Assembly: GCA_951804945.1 (NCBI GenBank)
Contig: OX638151.1
Coordinates: 123,194,001-123,258,000, forward strand
DNA: 64,000 bases
Source: Podarcis cretensis
Taxonomy: Eukaryota
Reading direction: 5' to 3'
Positions within the stretch are counted from its first letter, which is position 1. Every line of letters begins with the position of its first letter. Positions 35,033-47,517 of the stretch are shown here, one piece after another. Position numbers and translations under genes: made by a program. The notes beneath the pieces are model-generated. The model ran no database searches. It was not told the DNA's origin and was given only the letters and a program-made list of their open reading frames with translations.

Positions 35033-38000
35033 CTGTAATAGAAAAGATTTTATAATGAGGACTGTCACCTTGTAGCATATGCCAAGTTATTTTAAAAAGA
35101 AATACAGAAGCTTCTCTATGCTTAAAGAAGACAAGCTGCTTTAGTTTTCGTACCTTTCCCCCCCACTCTGCCCCCTGCTCAAACCTCTGTATGATTTTTA
35201 AACTTAAAATAAAAAAAACCTTTTTAGAATTAAATGTCTGCATTTAATACATTTAGAGCAGCTAGCTTGTAGTTCAGACATGCTTTCCAGGCCCTCTAAT
35301 TCCCCTGTCATATTGTGCTGTATGTGATTATGTGAACTGTGACTGTTTGCCTGTGTAAATTAGCTTGGGTCTTCTGGTCTAGATATAGCTCAGAATTACC
35401 GGTAAATGCTGCTTTGTCAGCCATCTCACTCTTGTTCTGCTTTGAATTTAATAGAAAATCAGAAAAGTGTGTACAGTTTTTTAATACAGCATTTGCTTAC
35501 ATTAAATATTTAGCACTTTGTTCTAGTTCAGAAATCTTGGAGATTAGGTTTTTGGAGCAAAACTCATAGCACATCTTGTGTTGATTGGCTGATTTTTTTA
35601 AATAAAAAAAAGTTAAGAGAGTGGCAGAATGCTTTCTTTTGAGTGTTGCAGTGGCTGGACCAGGTCTTGTGCACATGTGTTTCACAACTCTGAGTAGTTT
35701 CTTACCCACGTTTTAAGTTCAGTGGGTGCTCAGAAAATGCAAGGAATGTCAACTACAGAGAGGTTTCTCTCCCCCCACCCCACAAACACTGGAGCTCATT
35801 GCTGGCATGTGCTGACTTGCGTGGGCAGATGCTGCAAAAGCTTTCTTAGACAATGTTACCGATTCATTTAATTCTGACTTTGAGTAAACCCTTAAATTCC
35901 CAACTAAAGTGAGTGAGTTGACAAATAGAGATAAATCGTGCAATAAATCTAAGCTGCTGCACTGGGAGCTTCCTGTTTTGACAGAAATAAATCTGATTCT
36001 TACAGTCCCCTTGGTACTTGATTGGAAGCAATGCAACTTAAAGAAGCATCTCTGCAGTGTTGGCCTTGTACATATAATTATATGATTGGTAATGGTGACA
36101 TTCTCACTAAGAAACATACAGATTTTTTAAATAGAAAAATGTTCATTTTGTAGGAACTTATAATTTAACTTTCCAGCACAGATGTTAGCATCTGTCTATG
36201 GAAAGTAGTAATGTAAATTGTTCAGTTAAAATAAATCAACCTCAGCCCCCCCCCCCCAAAAAAAACCATTGAATGATGTAAATATCACTGTGCATGGCTA
36301 TGCATCCCAGCCAGATGTGCGGGGTATAAATGTTGTTGTTGTGGTATAAATGTTAATGTTGTGGTGGTATAAATGTTGTAGTTGTTGTTGTTGTTGTTGT
36401 TGTTGTTAAATCTGGACACTTATTTTAGTCACTTGGTAACCCTTATGTGCAGAAAGGGTGCAGATCATAAATTTTAGTATATTTTAATATATTGAAATAA
36501 ATTTCAAATATATTCAATATATTTACATGTTCAAATAATCAAAGATTGGCTGGAGGTCACTACTTTAACTATGCCTTCATATAGCTGAGATAATTCTGCT
36601 AAATAGAGAAGGATGTTAATATTACAGCCAGGTTTTATTTAGTTCTGGATGACCTTGAGACTTTAATTGTACAGGAGTGTGTGTTTCAGTTTAAAATTAA
36701 GAAAACTGTCAAATGTTCTTAGTGTGTGATACCTATACTGCAATTACTCTCAAAGATGAAAGATGGAAAGGCGGGAATGCTGGAATGGCCCAGAACAGAT
36801 AATGTCCTCCTTTTCTGTAAAATCAGTACTTTCCCACACCCAAACCATAATATTTGCACTAGAATGAATTTGATGATACATAATTTTTGCAGTTATTATT
36901 GATTCACACTGGTAAAGTGCAATCTGCCTTCTAAATTGCCAGAAACAATTTATTCATACTTTTTTCAGTCTTGCTTCCTGCTAGTGCCTTCCAATATCTT
37001 TTTCCATAGATGAGAGTGTATTGGGCGAGACAGCTGACCAGAGTTGATATCAATGATATTCTTTACCAGCTGGAGGGAAGAAGCTGATAAATGGAGGCAG
37101 GCAGTTCTGGAAAACAAACCTCTAATACTACATTAGGCATGTTTAAAACCAGCAGTGTGTTTCAGCAATTCTTAGCATATGTTTATTCATAGAAAATCAG
37201 CAGTAAAATATACTTGCTGGGGCATACAAGACACTTCAATCTGCATGAGGTCTTTTTCTTTTTCCAACATCAAATATCAAAAGGGAGTCTTGGTAATTGT
37301 TTTACAGTGGGGTTCTAATCATACTTCAGATGTAAGCTGAGCTGGTCTAACTCGTCTTTTAATAAAAAGTATGTGTTTTTAAGATTGTTCAACTCGCCTC
37401 ACTTTTTTGCATGTGTATGTTTGCTCTTGATAGTGAGCAATTTGTTTTTTATTTAAAATGTTACTTGCTGGGATAGCATTATGTTAGACAAATCTCATTT
37501 CATTCTGGGCACCTGGGGGGACATTGGACATACGTTGTTGCAGCCACGTAAAAGGGTGCAATGTAGCACACCTCATGAAAGGGGACAAAATGCCAGTACA
37601 TAGCCATTAAATGGGAGGAGGGAGATTTGACTGATTTGCCTACCTCACTAGAGGGAAATGCATCTAAAATATCGTTTTGCATATTATTTGGATCAACATA
37701 GTACTGGCAGCACAAAAAGTGCTTTTCTGGAAACAAACATAATGTAAGTAAAATATTTAGTTTTGATGCTAAGGCTTTGGTTGCATATAAGATATAGAAT
37801 CTGCAGAATCTCCATGGGGTCAGTGTATAAGTCTCTTCTGTTGTACTACAGTTTGGTGCTGAACTTATTACATGATTAGCTGTCCTATGGAAATGCTACA
37901 TTGGGGTTGGCTAGCCATATTTCTTTTTAAAAGATAAACTTCTGACAAAATTCAAGGATTCTTGTGTCCAGCTTGTGGAATTATGTTATGTGGAGCAGCC

Positions 38001-38654
38001 TGTTCTTTATGCATATAGTTAGGGGGTCCCTTCAGAAAGCTGCAGTCCTAAGAAGATCTAGAGAGGAAGTAAGCCCCATAAAATACCCCCCCCCCCGGTG
38101 AACATGCTCTGCAATTGTGCTGAAAGCTACCTAAGTTCCAAGCATCAAAAATGGTTGAAATATGACCTTAGTTGTTCAGATAAAAACTTGATGTGCTCTG
38201 ACAGAATATAGGACACAGAATCATTTTAGTCAGTGTTGCAGTATCATCATGGCTGGCACACATGGCTGGATTTGGGTATGATGTGTCTTCTGCTGCACTT
38301 TGCCTGCTCCTTTTTTCCCCATTTCATTGGTTCCAAAGCTTATTTCCACACTGAAGGAGCTTCTTTTTGCCACATTGGAGCCTTCTTTTCACTTGCTTGC
38401 ATACACAAGTGCATGCCTAAAGATGTACACAGCGTACCAGCATGATAATTAGAAGGCTGGAGTGTCTCAAAACTGAGATGGGCAGGACAGGGGGAGCAAC
38501 TGAATTAATCTGAGAAGGTAGCAGGCAGGAAACCTTGCCTTTCCATCCTTGAGGTACATTCCTGACATCTGGGCCTGCCTGTCAATTTTCTTTCATGAGT
38601 AAGCCACAGTGGTAATTTGGATTCACTAGATGGGGGGGGGGGGGGTGGCATCAC

Positions 38655-39266
38655 AAATATGAAATAGGGGTCTCCTGGCTTGCCAGTAGTACATGTGAAA
38701 AGGATCTAGGGGTCTTAGTAGACCACAGGCTTCACATGTGGCAAGTGTGATGCAGCAGCAAAAAAAGACTAATGCTATTCTATGCTGCATCAAGAAAAGT
38801 ATTGTGTCTATATCATAGTACTGATTAATTTTGCCTTGTTCAGACCACACCTGGAGTACTGTGTCCAGTTCTTATGCCACAATTTAGGAAGTATATTGGC
38901 AAACTGGAACGCATGCAGAGGAAGGCAACGCAAGATGATTAAGGGTCTGGAAACCAAGCCTTATGAGGAATGGTTGAGAGAGTTGGGTATGTTTAGGCTG
39001 GAAAATAGGAGACTGAGAAGAGATATGATAGCCATCTTCAAATATTTTAAGGGCTGTCACATGAAAGTTAGAGCAAGCTTGTTTTCTCCTGCTCCAGATA
39101 GTAGGACCTGAACCAATGGATTCACGTTACAAGAAAGGAGATTTTCTGATAGTAACAGCTGTTCAACAGTAGAAAAGACTCCCTCAGAAAGTGGTGGACT
39201 CTCCATCATTGGAGGTTTTTAAGCAGAGGTTGGATGGCCATCTATCATGGATGCTTTAGTTGAGAT
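38655..39266 (+). mobile_element. CR1 LINE fragment
   Basis: ORF 38782-39111: RPHLEYCVQF...MIKGLETKPYEEWLRELGMFRLENRRLRRDMIAIFKY. Confidence 0.92.
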
Positions 39267-39408
39267 TCATGTGGGTAGAGTTGACTCATCCAATGTTTGT
39301 GTCCATGCAACAATAAAACAATAAAACAACCTAATGGTGGAAACAGAGGATATATTCAGAGTACTTCTTTTGGTGGTGGTGGTGTGTGTGCGTACGTGCG
39401 TACGTGAC

Positions 39409-39781
39409 TGGGAGTGGCTGCCAAGACCACATAACACTGGTCTTGAAAGACCTACATTGGCTCCCAGTACGTTTCTGAACACAATTCAAAGTGTTGGTGC
39501 TGACCTTTAAAGCCCTAAATGGCCTTGGCTCAGTATACCTGAAGGAGCGTTTCCACCCCCATCATTCTGCCTGGACACTGAGGTCCAGTGCCGAGGGCCT
39601 TCTGGCGGTTCCCTCACTGCGAGAAGCCAAGTTACAAGGAACCAGGCAGAGGGCCTTCTTGGTAGTGGCGCCTCCCATCAGATGTCAAAGAGATAAACAA
39701 CTATCTGACGTTTAGAAGACATCTGAAGGTAGCCCTGTTTAGGGAAGTTTTTAATGTCTGACATTTTAATGTATTTTTAAT
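39409..39781 (+). mobile_element. L2 LINE 3' fragment
   Basis: ORF 39491-39715, VLTFKALNGLG...QGTRQRAF, same family as 5547-7052. Confidence 0.9.
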
Positions 39782-39789
39782 CCCCCCAA

Positions 39790-40170
39790 TAATTTTTTTT
39801 TAAAGTTTTCTACAATTATAACAAATACTGCAACAAATGTTGCAGAACCGAAAAACAAACCAAAACAAAAACAAAAGAATACATCTATAAAAAACAACAA
39901 CAAACAAATACTATAAACATATTACTTGACTTCCTCTACTCCCTCCCTTCTGAGTTTCCTTGTGTCTGAATGTAACAGCTTTCCAATATTATTAAACAAC
40001 AATATTCCAATTATAGTAAAATTTATTCACTTTTTTTAGTGTTCTAAATCCCATTTATTTAAATAACCCCTAAATTAATCCTAGGCCTATTTGGTACTTT
40101 TAGGTACTTTCTAATTTTTAATATTTAATATTACAATAATTATTCAAATAGTCCTTAAATTTCCAATGGA
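39790..40170 (-). mobile_element. Probable L1 3' UTR and tail
   Basis: T-run at about 39793-39801 followed by sequence that is T/G-rich on the minus strand, typical of a lizard L1 3' UTR. Confidence 0.45.
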
Positions 40171-40175
40171 GGTGT

Positions 40176-40450
40176 TCTGTGTGCCTCTGTGTGTCCCTGA
40201 AGTGAGCAAAGAAGCTGCGCGCAACCTTTCCAGCCGGGCGATACCCCCGCAAAAGCCCACAGGAGCCGCGCACCCTTTAAGGAGCGCGTGGCTCCTGCGG
40301 GCTTTTCTACGAGAGGGAGAAGGGACTGACTGGCCACATTAGTCCCTTCTCCCCCCTGCCTGCCTCCCCCCTGCATTTGCTCCATAAGACACACATTTCC
40401 CCTTACTTTTTAGGAGGGAAAAAGTGTGTCTTATGGAGCGAAAAATACGG
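40176..40450. mobile_element. One-ended fragment of the GC-rich Tc2/pogo-like family
   Basis: Ends GTCTTATGGAGCGAAAAATACGG followed by TA; body homologous to 21490-21580. Confidence 0.85.
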
Positions 40451-43094
40451 TAATTCCAATATTAATACATTTTGTCTTATGAACTGTATATGTATAAAAT
40501 GTTTACAGTTGTTATTATTCAGTCTGTTGCACTTTGTGTATTGTGATAACTGTATTTGTGTAGCAAGGTATTGAATTTGTTTTGATATAGTCTGATATCA
40601 GCACAGTTCACTCTGTTGGAAATTTATGTCCAGTCCTCTCGTAGTCTGTATTCCACTTTAGAAAAGGAATTTCAGGGATGACCATCTGGCCCAAGATATT
40701 TCCTCACAGGCATCTTGGCAACCAGCTCACAAATACAAAAGGGTGGAGATCATATTCCATGAGCCCTTTGGCAGTTCAGTCTATGGTCACCCTCCCCTTA
40801 AAACAAGCAACCTCAAGCCGGGAAATTTCCTAGTTTGCCTCTATATGACTAGATTGGCTTCTCTGTAGCCAAGTTCCGTCCCATGCTCTTCAACATTCTC
40901 CAATGGTCTAAACTTTAATTAATGCCTTTAATTGTTTAATCATTTTATATTATTTCAGTCTTGTTGGTTTTCTTTCAGTTTCATCAATCTTATTAGGAAT
41001 AGGTATTACTCTTCAAACAAAGCAGCTTCTCACATCTTTCGTCCTTTGTTTCAACAGCATAAATCAGCATCACTTCACCTTGCACCGCCACACACACAAA
41101 CAGTTTTATCTCACAAGCTTCCACCTTTCCTTTCATAGACCTCACTTGTGATCCTTCCCCCTCCCTATGAATATTCCCCCCAACTTTGGAAGGATTTTCA
41201 CCCCCAAGGTGAACAGAAAAAGCTGGGTCAACAAATTTGTTCCAACCCTCTTCAGACTCCTTTCATGAAGGAGGGCCTAGTAGTCCCATGCTGCCTGCCT
41301 TGATATATGAGTTCAGAGTCTAATATAATTCTGATGGATGGTGTATCATGGCTGTAGAGTTAGCTGCAATCCCAACTGCAGGGACAGAAAGGGAGTGGGC
41401 GGAAAAGTAGCTGTCTGGTGTTGTCTTTTGCATTAAAAACTTCACACTACTGGTCACTTAACATTTTTGGATCTGGGTGCACATTTTGAATTTTGAGAGA
41501 GTGCTGGGAGTACCAGTCACAAAATGGCTGGCAAGGGTAAGTGGCGTAACACAAAATAGACTATGTCGGGAGCATGGCACAACACAGTACTGTGTTTAGA
41601 GAGAGTACAATCATGGTGCAGCTTTCTCCATAACTGTATTTCCATTCAAGAAAAAGGCCTAATCTATTTAATTCATGCCTAGAAATAAGACACAAGCAGG
41701 AAAAGTGCATTAGAGGGGAGGGGGAAATTGCAGCTCTTTAGGACCTTGGAATTCCAGTAGCCTGGAGTCCCAGGAACTCATAAATCACGGCTCTGACTTC
41801 ACTCATTGATTAAAAACACAAACAGGCAGGAACAGCCAGGCTTGCTCATTTTACAGAAATTCCTTAGAATTGTACCTATGTATTTTGCATCATAACTAAT
41901 TCTAGGAGGGCTAAAGAGTGTGATTGGAGTCATCTCACTCAGCTGCTTTTCCCATGTCTGAAGACCTCATAGCTAAGAATCCCCTTTACTGTGGAAACCT
42001 GGAGTTGCCTAAATGGGTCATTATATATATTATTATAACTTAAACAGGTATCATCTAAGCCCTTAAGCCCTCTAGCAGGGCTTATGTACCGATTATATGT
42101 ACCGATTATATATATCTATGCAATGGATTGCTTTGATGTCCATTGGCTAACAAATTGTTTTTGATCTTCCCTCCACACCTCACTTTTAATTAATTTTCTT
42201 TTTCTCACGTTGTGCTTCCATTCTCTTTGTTGCCTTGGTATTTCCCGATACCATCCCTGTTTTCCCTCTGCATCTCTCCGCATTGAATATAGCCCGCTTG
42301 TTCTTTGCGTGCCTTTGGAGAACAAGGTACCAATGGTGGCAATGGCTAGTGTGGTAATGCAGAGCTGCCCTAGCGAAACCAGCATCACTGGACTGCGCAG
42401 GGGGGTGGCAAGGTTGGAGCTGAGTGGACATGTCTGGTCAAAACTGTTTTATTTTCTTAGGCCTTTGCAGCTTGAATGCTTCTCATAAATTTTACTACAT
42501 ATTATGCATACCCTTGAGCTGTGTATGAATGCTTCAACCACGTAGACAAGAAAAGCCATGTGAATCTTGCCCCACTAAGGGGTGGGGTACAAATTCTGTG
42601 GGTAAGGCCCACATTGTTACAGCATCACATTTAGTCACCTGCGCTGTGGAATTGCACCACAGAAAAATTTCTCCTATGTAGCTGCATGTGAAGTGTATCA
42701 CTATGATGAGGAAAGCTTTCCTGATTTCAAAGAATCCTGCTCCACTCTGAAGGTACGTCTTCATTTCCTGTTTGATGCTATAGAAAAGCACTTGAACATG
42801 GGCATCAAACTGACATGACTGGTGACTGAAAGGGAGAGTTTCATATCCTCAGACTTAGGTGGCTGGTGGTAGCAGGCCAAATGGCTGTGTGGCAAATATA
42901 GCAGACTGTATGGTAGAGCTGCTAAAGACTGTGCTCTGGTCAATTTTCTCATACACAGCAGGAAGGGATGGTGCTGTCCAGGCTGTTTTGCCATTTTTAT
43001 GTCCCGGATGAAATCTGCTTGAAGGTGACCCTGGCCACAGATTTTAGCTTTTTCTGCTCTGTCTCTTGATATCAGGACCAGATTCCCCACTTAC

Positions 43095-43477
43095 AGGTAA
43101 AGGTAAAGGGACCCCTGACCAGTTGTGACCAACTCTGGGGTTGTGGCACTCATCTCGCTTTATTGGCCGAGGGAGCCGGCGTACAGCTTCCGGGTCATGT
43201 GGCCAGCATGACTAAGCCGCTTCTTGCAAACCAGAGCAGTGCATGGAAACGCCGTTTGCGTTCCCGCTGGAGCAGTACCTATTTATCTACTTGGACTTGG
43301 ACTTGCTTTCGAACGCCTAATTTGGTGATACTGGATTTAAACTGGATTTCGAACTAGGTTGGCAGGAGCTGGGGCCGAACAACGGGAGCTCACCCCGTCG
43401 CGGGGATTTGAACCGCCGACCTTCTGATCGGCAAGCCCTAGGCTCTGTGGTTTAACCCACAGCGCCATCCATGTCCC
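43095..43477 (-). mobile_element. Sauria SINE with an internal insertion of about 35 bp
   Basis: (GGTAAA)n tail and full body; extra sequence at about 43315-43354 between repeated TTCGAAC. Confidence 0.92.
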
Positions 43478-43481
43478 ATAA

Positions 43482-43607
43482 TAGCACCTTAGAGACCACT
43501 AAGTTTGTTATTGGTGTGAGCTTTCGTGTGCATGCAAACGAAAGCTCATACCAATAACAAACTTAGTTGGTCTCTAAGGTGCTACTAGAGGGAATTTTTT
43601 ATTTTGT
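43482..43607. mobile_element. Penelope pLTR foldback fragment
   Basis: Near-perfect palindrome 43482-43584 centred on TGCATGCA (hammerhead stem II); homologous to 34711-34794. Confidence 0.85.
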
Positions 43608-44251
43608 TCCTAGTACTAGGATAAAGCTACAATCCTTGCTTCGTAGTAGGTCTCACTGACATCAGAAGGACTTGCTTGTGAATAAACATACATATATCAT
43701 TCAGCTGTAAATAAAGTCTACAGATTAGGGAGGCTCATTTTGGTAAAGTCAGAGGTAATGCCCTGGCCTGGCATCTTTCAGGCTGAACCAGGGTGGAAAA
43801 TAGATGCTATGCACTGTTGTTCTACTGTGTCCTGCAGTTTAGCAGATTGTACTTTTTCAGACAGTTTCAAGACTTGTTATCAAAACCTTGTGGGGGGGAC
43901 CCTCCCCCTAAACCATGAAACATAGCATTATGAGAGCAACTGATGATAGGAAATACAATTGCTAGACTGTGGGCTCACCTTGCGAAAGCTGGCTATTTTA
44001 GGAGGTGTTCAATAAAAGCCTCCAGGTGTTTCCCTCAAATGAATTTTAAAGTGCTCTGAGCATGGCAGTTCTAAGTAGTTCACTAGCTTCGTATATAGAG
44101 GTTTTTGCAGTTAGATTTTCCCCCACAGATAATCATGCATACTGTGCCAGTAATTATTGCATCAAAATACATAGACAGTCTCAGATTAGATTCGTTTGTA
44201 TTTTCCTGGGCATTAGACAATTACAAAGCAGTTTAACAATATAGGAATAGG

Positions 44252-44384
44252 CAGTGGTCTTTTCCAGAAAAATAGGTTCCAGTACTCACAATGAAGTTGT
44301 TACAGTGAGTGTCGTACTTTTTAACAATAAAAAAGAGGTGCTGGTACTGCGTGCCCTTGAGTACCACCTGGGAAAGAAGCACTG
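44252..44384. mobile_element. Degenerate hAT-like MITE
   Basis: CAGTGGTCTTTTCC...GGGAAAGAAGCACTG ends, related to 49880-50041. Confidence 0.5.
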
Positions 44385-44500
44385 GCTGTTGGACAAGCTT
44401 GCAGAAATATAAATCATCTCGGGCATGAAGAAACTACAGCATGAAGAAACTTATAGTGCTGAATTTGCCTGGCAAATCACCTTTAAAAAGGAAATACGTA

Positions 44501-44979
44501 TTGTTGTTGTTGCTGTTGTTGTTTAGTCGTGTCCGACTCTTTGTGACCCCATGGACCAGAGCACGCCAGGCACTCCTGTCTTCCACTGCCTCCCGCAGTT
44601 TGGTCAGACTCATGTTTGTAGCTTCGAGAACACCATCCAACCATCACGTCCTCTGTCGTCCCCTTCTCCTTGTGCCCTCCATCTTTCCCAACATCAGGGT
44701 CTTTTCCAGGGAGTCTTCTCTTCTCATGAGGTGGCCAAAGTATTGGAGCCTCAGCTTCATGATCTGTCCTTCCAGTGAGCACTCAGGGCTGATTTCCTTA
44801 GAATGGAGAGGTTTGATCTTCTTGCAGTTCATGGGACTCTCAAGAATCTCCTCCAGCACCATAACTCAAAAGCATCAATTCTTCAGCGATCAGCCTTCTT
44901 TATGGTCCAGCTCTCACTACTGTGAAAACCATGGTTTTAACTATACGGACCTTTGTTGGCAAGGTGATGTCTCTGCTTT
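44501..44979 (-). mobile_element. BovB (RTE) LINE 3' fragment
   Basis: EISPECSLEGQIMKLRLQYFGHLMRREDSLEKTLMLGKMEGTRRRGRQR; (CAA)n tail. Confidence 0.95.
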
Positions 44980-45131
44980 ATTATTATTATTATTATTATT
45001 ATGAGTATTAGTGCTCTTAATAAATATTAAAATGACCGAAATGAAATAGAAGGTTATACAAATGTGAATAAAATTATGTGAAAGCCAGAATAAATAAAAG
45101 CATAAAATGAGCATAAAATTTTGAATCTCCC

Positions 45132-46087
45132 TGTTACCTGAATTCACCAAGGGGGGGCAGGGCGGGGCGGGACAACACTCCTCTCATGAATGAAGTCTGG
45201 TGCCACAAACCGTGTCTCAAATTGGTACCATACACAATGTCACCCTGCCCCATTAATGCACTGTCCTTTTGTCCCCATACCCAAAGTGTGCCCGTAAAAT
45301 AAGGGTAGACCGCTTGCAAAAACTCCTCTATTCATAAAGCTTGTGCTGACTTTCCCATTCATAAAATTAGACAACATTCAAATACCTTTCAAACTAACAG
45401 CCAATCCAGTCCTCTTATGTTGACAGCTACTGAACTCCCATCCTATAGGGGTTAAGGAACAGCACCCCCTGACTGCAGCCATACTGCAGCTGTCAAACCA
45501 GCCTCAACTCAGTTCACATAAACGGAAACCACTCCGGGGATAAGGGAAAGTGAGAACAAGCTATCAAGACCCTTTGTTACATTGTATCAACTCCAAAGGT
45601 TACATAGTATCCATTTGTAGAGTTTGGGCTCCTCAGTAACAGAAAACCTGTATAAATTCATATAAAATCACCCCATTTGTTTGGGGTTTGTTCCATTCCA
45701 ATGGTGTTTGGATTTGTTCCATTCCAATGGTGTTCTCACCAGAAGGATTATGGCTACTAGAAGAGGAGATTGGGAAAGGGCTGGGGACAGCCATAATCCC
45801 TGAAGCATGGGGTCAACACAACTGCCTCACTGCTTAGGTGATAATCTCTAGCTTCCTGGCACCTGAGTGCCAGACAGGTAGTCATCCCAAGGACAATAGT
45901 AAGACCAACCTGAATGGATTGGGGTCTCCATCAAGACAAAAGGATATGCTCATCTTGGCTGGGAAACAGGAATATGAACTTACTTATCTTTGTTTTACTT
46001 AGTAGGTGTGAGGTGGAGGTCAAGGGAGGGATGGGGGCAAACCTGATACTCAGGTTTCTGCCAAGTGACCCCTTCCAGTTTATGACA
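45132..46087 (-). mobile_element. Possible solo LTR (about 950 bp)
   Basis: TGTTA...TGACA inverted termini, distinct composition, and an internal tandem repeat with 26-bp period at about 45685-45733. No TSD found. Confidence 0.35.
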
Positions 46088-46129
46088 TAGATATGATGTA
46101 TGCATGACGTTTTATTAAGGGTAAAATGG

Positions 46130-46501
46130 TAAAGGTAAAGGTAAAGGTACCCCTGCCCGTACGGGCCAGTCTTGACAGACTCTGGGGTTGTGCGCCCATC
46201 TCACTTAAGAGGCCAGGGGCCAGCGCTGTCCGGAGACACTTCCGGGTCACGTGGCCAGCGTGACATCGCTGCTCTGGCCAGAGCCAGAGCCAGAGCCGCA
46301 CACGGAAACGCCGTTTACCTTCCCGCTGGTAAGCGGTCCCTATTTATCTACTTGCACCCGGAGGTGCTTTCGAACTGCTAGGTTGGCAGGCGCTGGGACC
46401 GAGCAGCGGGAGCGCACCCCGCCGCAGGGATTCGAACCGCCGACCTTTCGATCGGCAAGCCCTAGGCGCTGAGGCTTTAACCCACAGCGCCACCTGCGTC
46501 C
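46130..46501 (-). mobile_element. Sauria SINE, young subfamily
   Basis: 13-bp TSD AAGGGTAAAATGG (46117-46129, 46502-46514); near-identical to 28732-29080. Confidence 0.95.
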
Positions 46502-47344
46502 AAGGGTAAAATGGGAAGTCTATAAAAAAGGGAGCCATCCTTTGTTCGGGGCTTCTTTCTGCTTCTTCCATGTGGTATTTGAAGTCCTGTTGCAACAGTT
46601 CCTTGAATAAAGATCGGGCCTACAGGCTGCTGTTTTGCACCAATACTCTTGGCTGGTGTCTTTGTTTGGCAATCCAAATGAGCTGGGAATTTTCCTTTAA
46701 CAACCTTGGCAAAACACAGCGTTCTCTTTCAATAATTATATATGGTCAGCCAGAAAATGAATTAATTGTAATATTTTCAAGCACCTACACCCTGTTTATT
46801 TAAAGCTCTCTATGTGGGGGAATGTTGCACAGCCAGGAGTTGGAAAATGAAGGGGGAGGGGGCAAGTGGGGTTCACCAATGTGATAACAGACCTTCATGG
46901 TGTTGTAGTGATGTCATATCTATTGATATCACTACCAACACTTTATCTTTAGTGGCTAATGTTGAGGACGTATGGAGCTTTCACATAAATAAACCTGAGA
47001 AGGATTTGTGGGTAAAGGTAAGGACAATTATTTTGACCTCCTGTAATTTCCTGGAACTCTTAAAATGTGGAGGGATGTAATCAGCGTGTGTCCTGATGAA
47101 CCCTCTATCGAAGTGTTAGGTTACATAGTGCTGCTTAGTGCACTATAACCACTTGATGGCACCCTTTGATTTAGTACATGCCTCATTAGGGAGTGGGGGG
47201 AGGGACATAGCGCAGTGTAGCTGTAGTATTTGTAATGGAATAACATGTAAGAACTAAAGACTGCAAGGTATCTGGTTAATGTAGAGATGAAATGAATGAA
47301 ACTGCAAGGCTAAGCTTTCCTGACCCTTCATGAGAGAATAGATG

Positions 47345-47517
47345 NNNNNNNNNNNNNNNNNNNNNNNNNNNNNNNNNNNNNNNNNNNNNNNNNNNNNNNN
47401 NNNNNNNNNNNNNNNNNNNNNNNNNNNNNNNNNNNNNNNNNNNNNNNNNNNNNNNNNNNNNNNNNNNNNNNNNNNNNNNNNNNNNNNNNNNNNNNNNNNN
47501 NNNNNNNNNNNNNNNNN
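47345..47517. other. Assembly gap (173 N)
   Basis: Run of N. Confidence 1.

Noticed and set aside
42116-42431. Minus-strand ORFs resembling a DNA-transposon N-terminus
   Set aside because: No TIR, TSD or recognisable motif could be confirmed.
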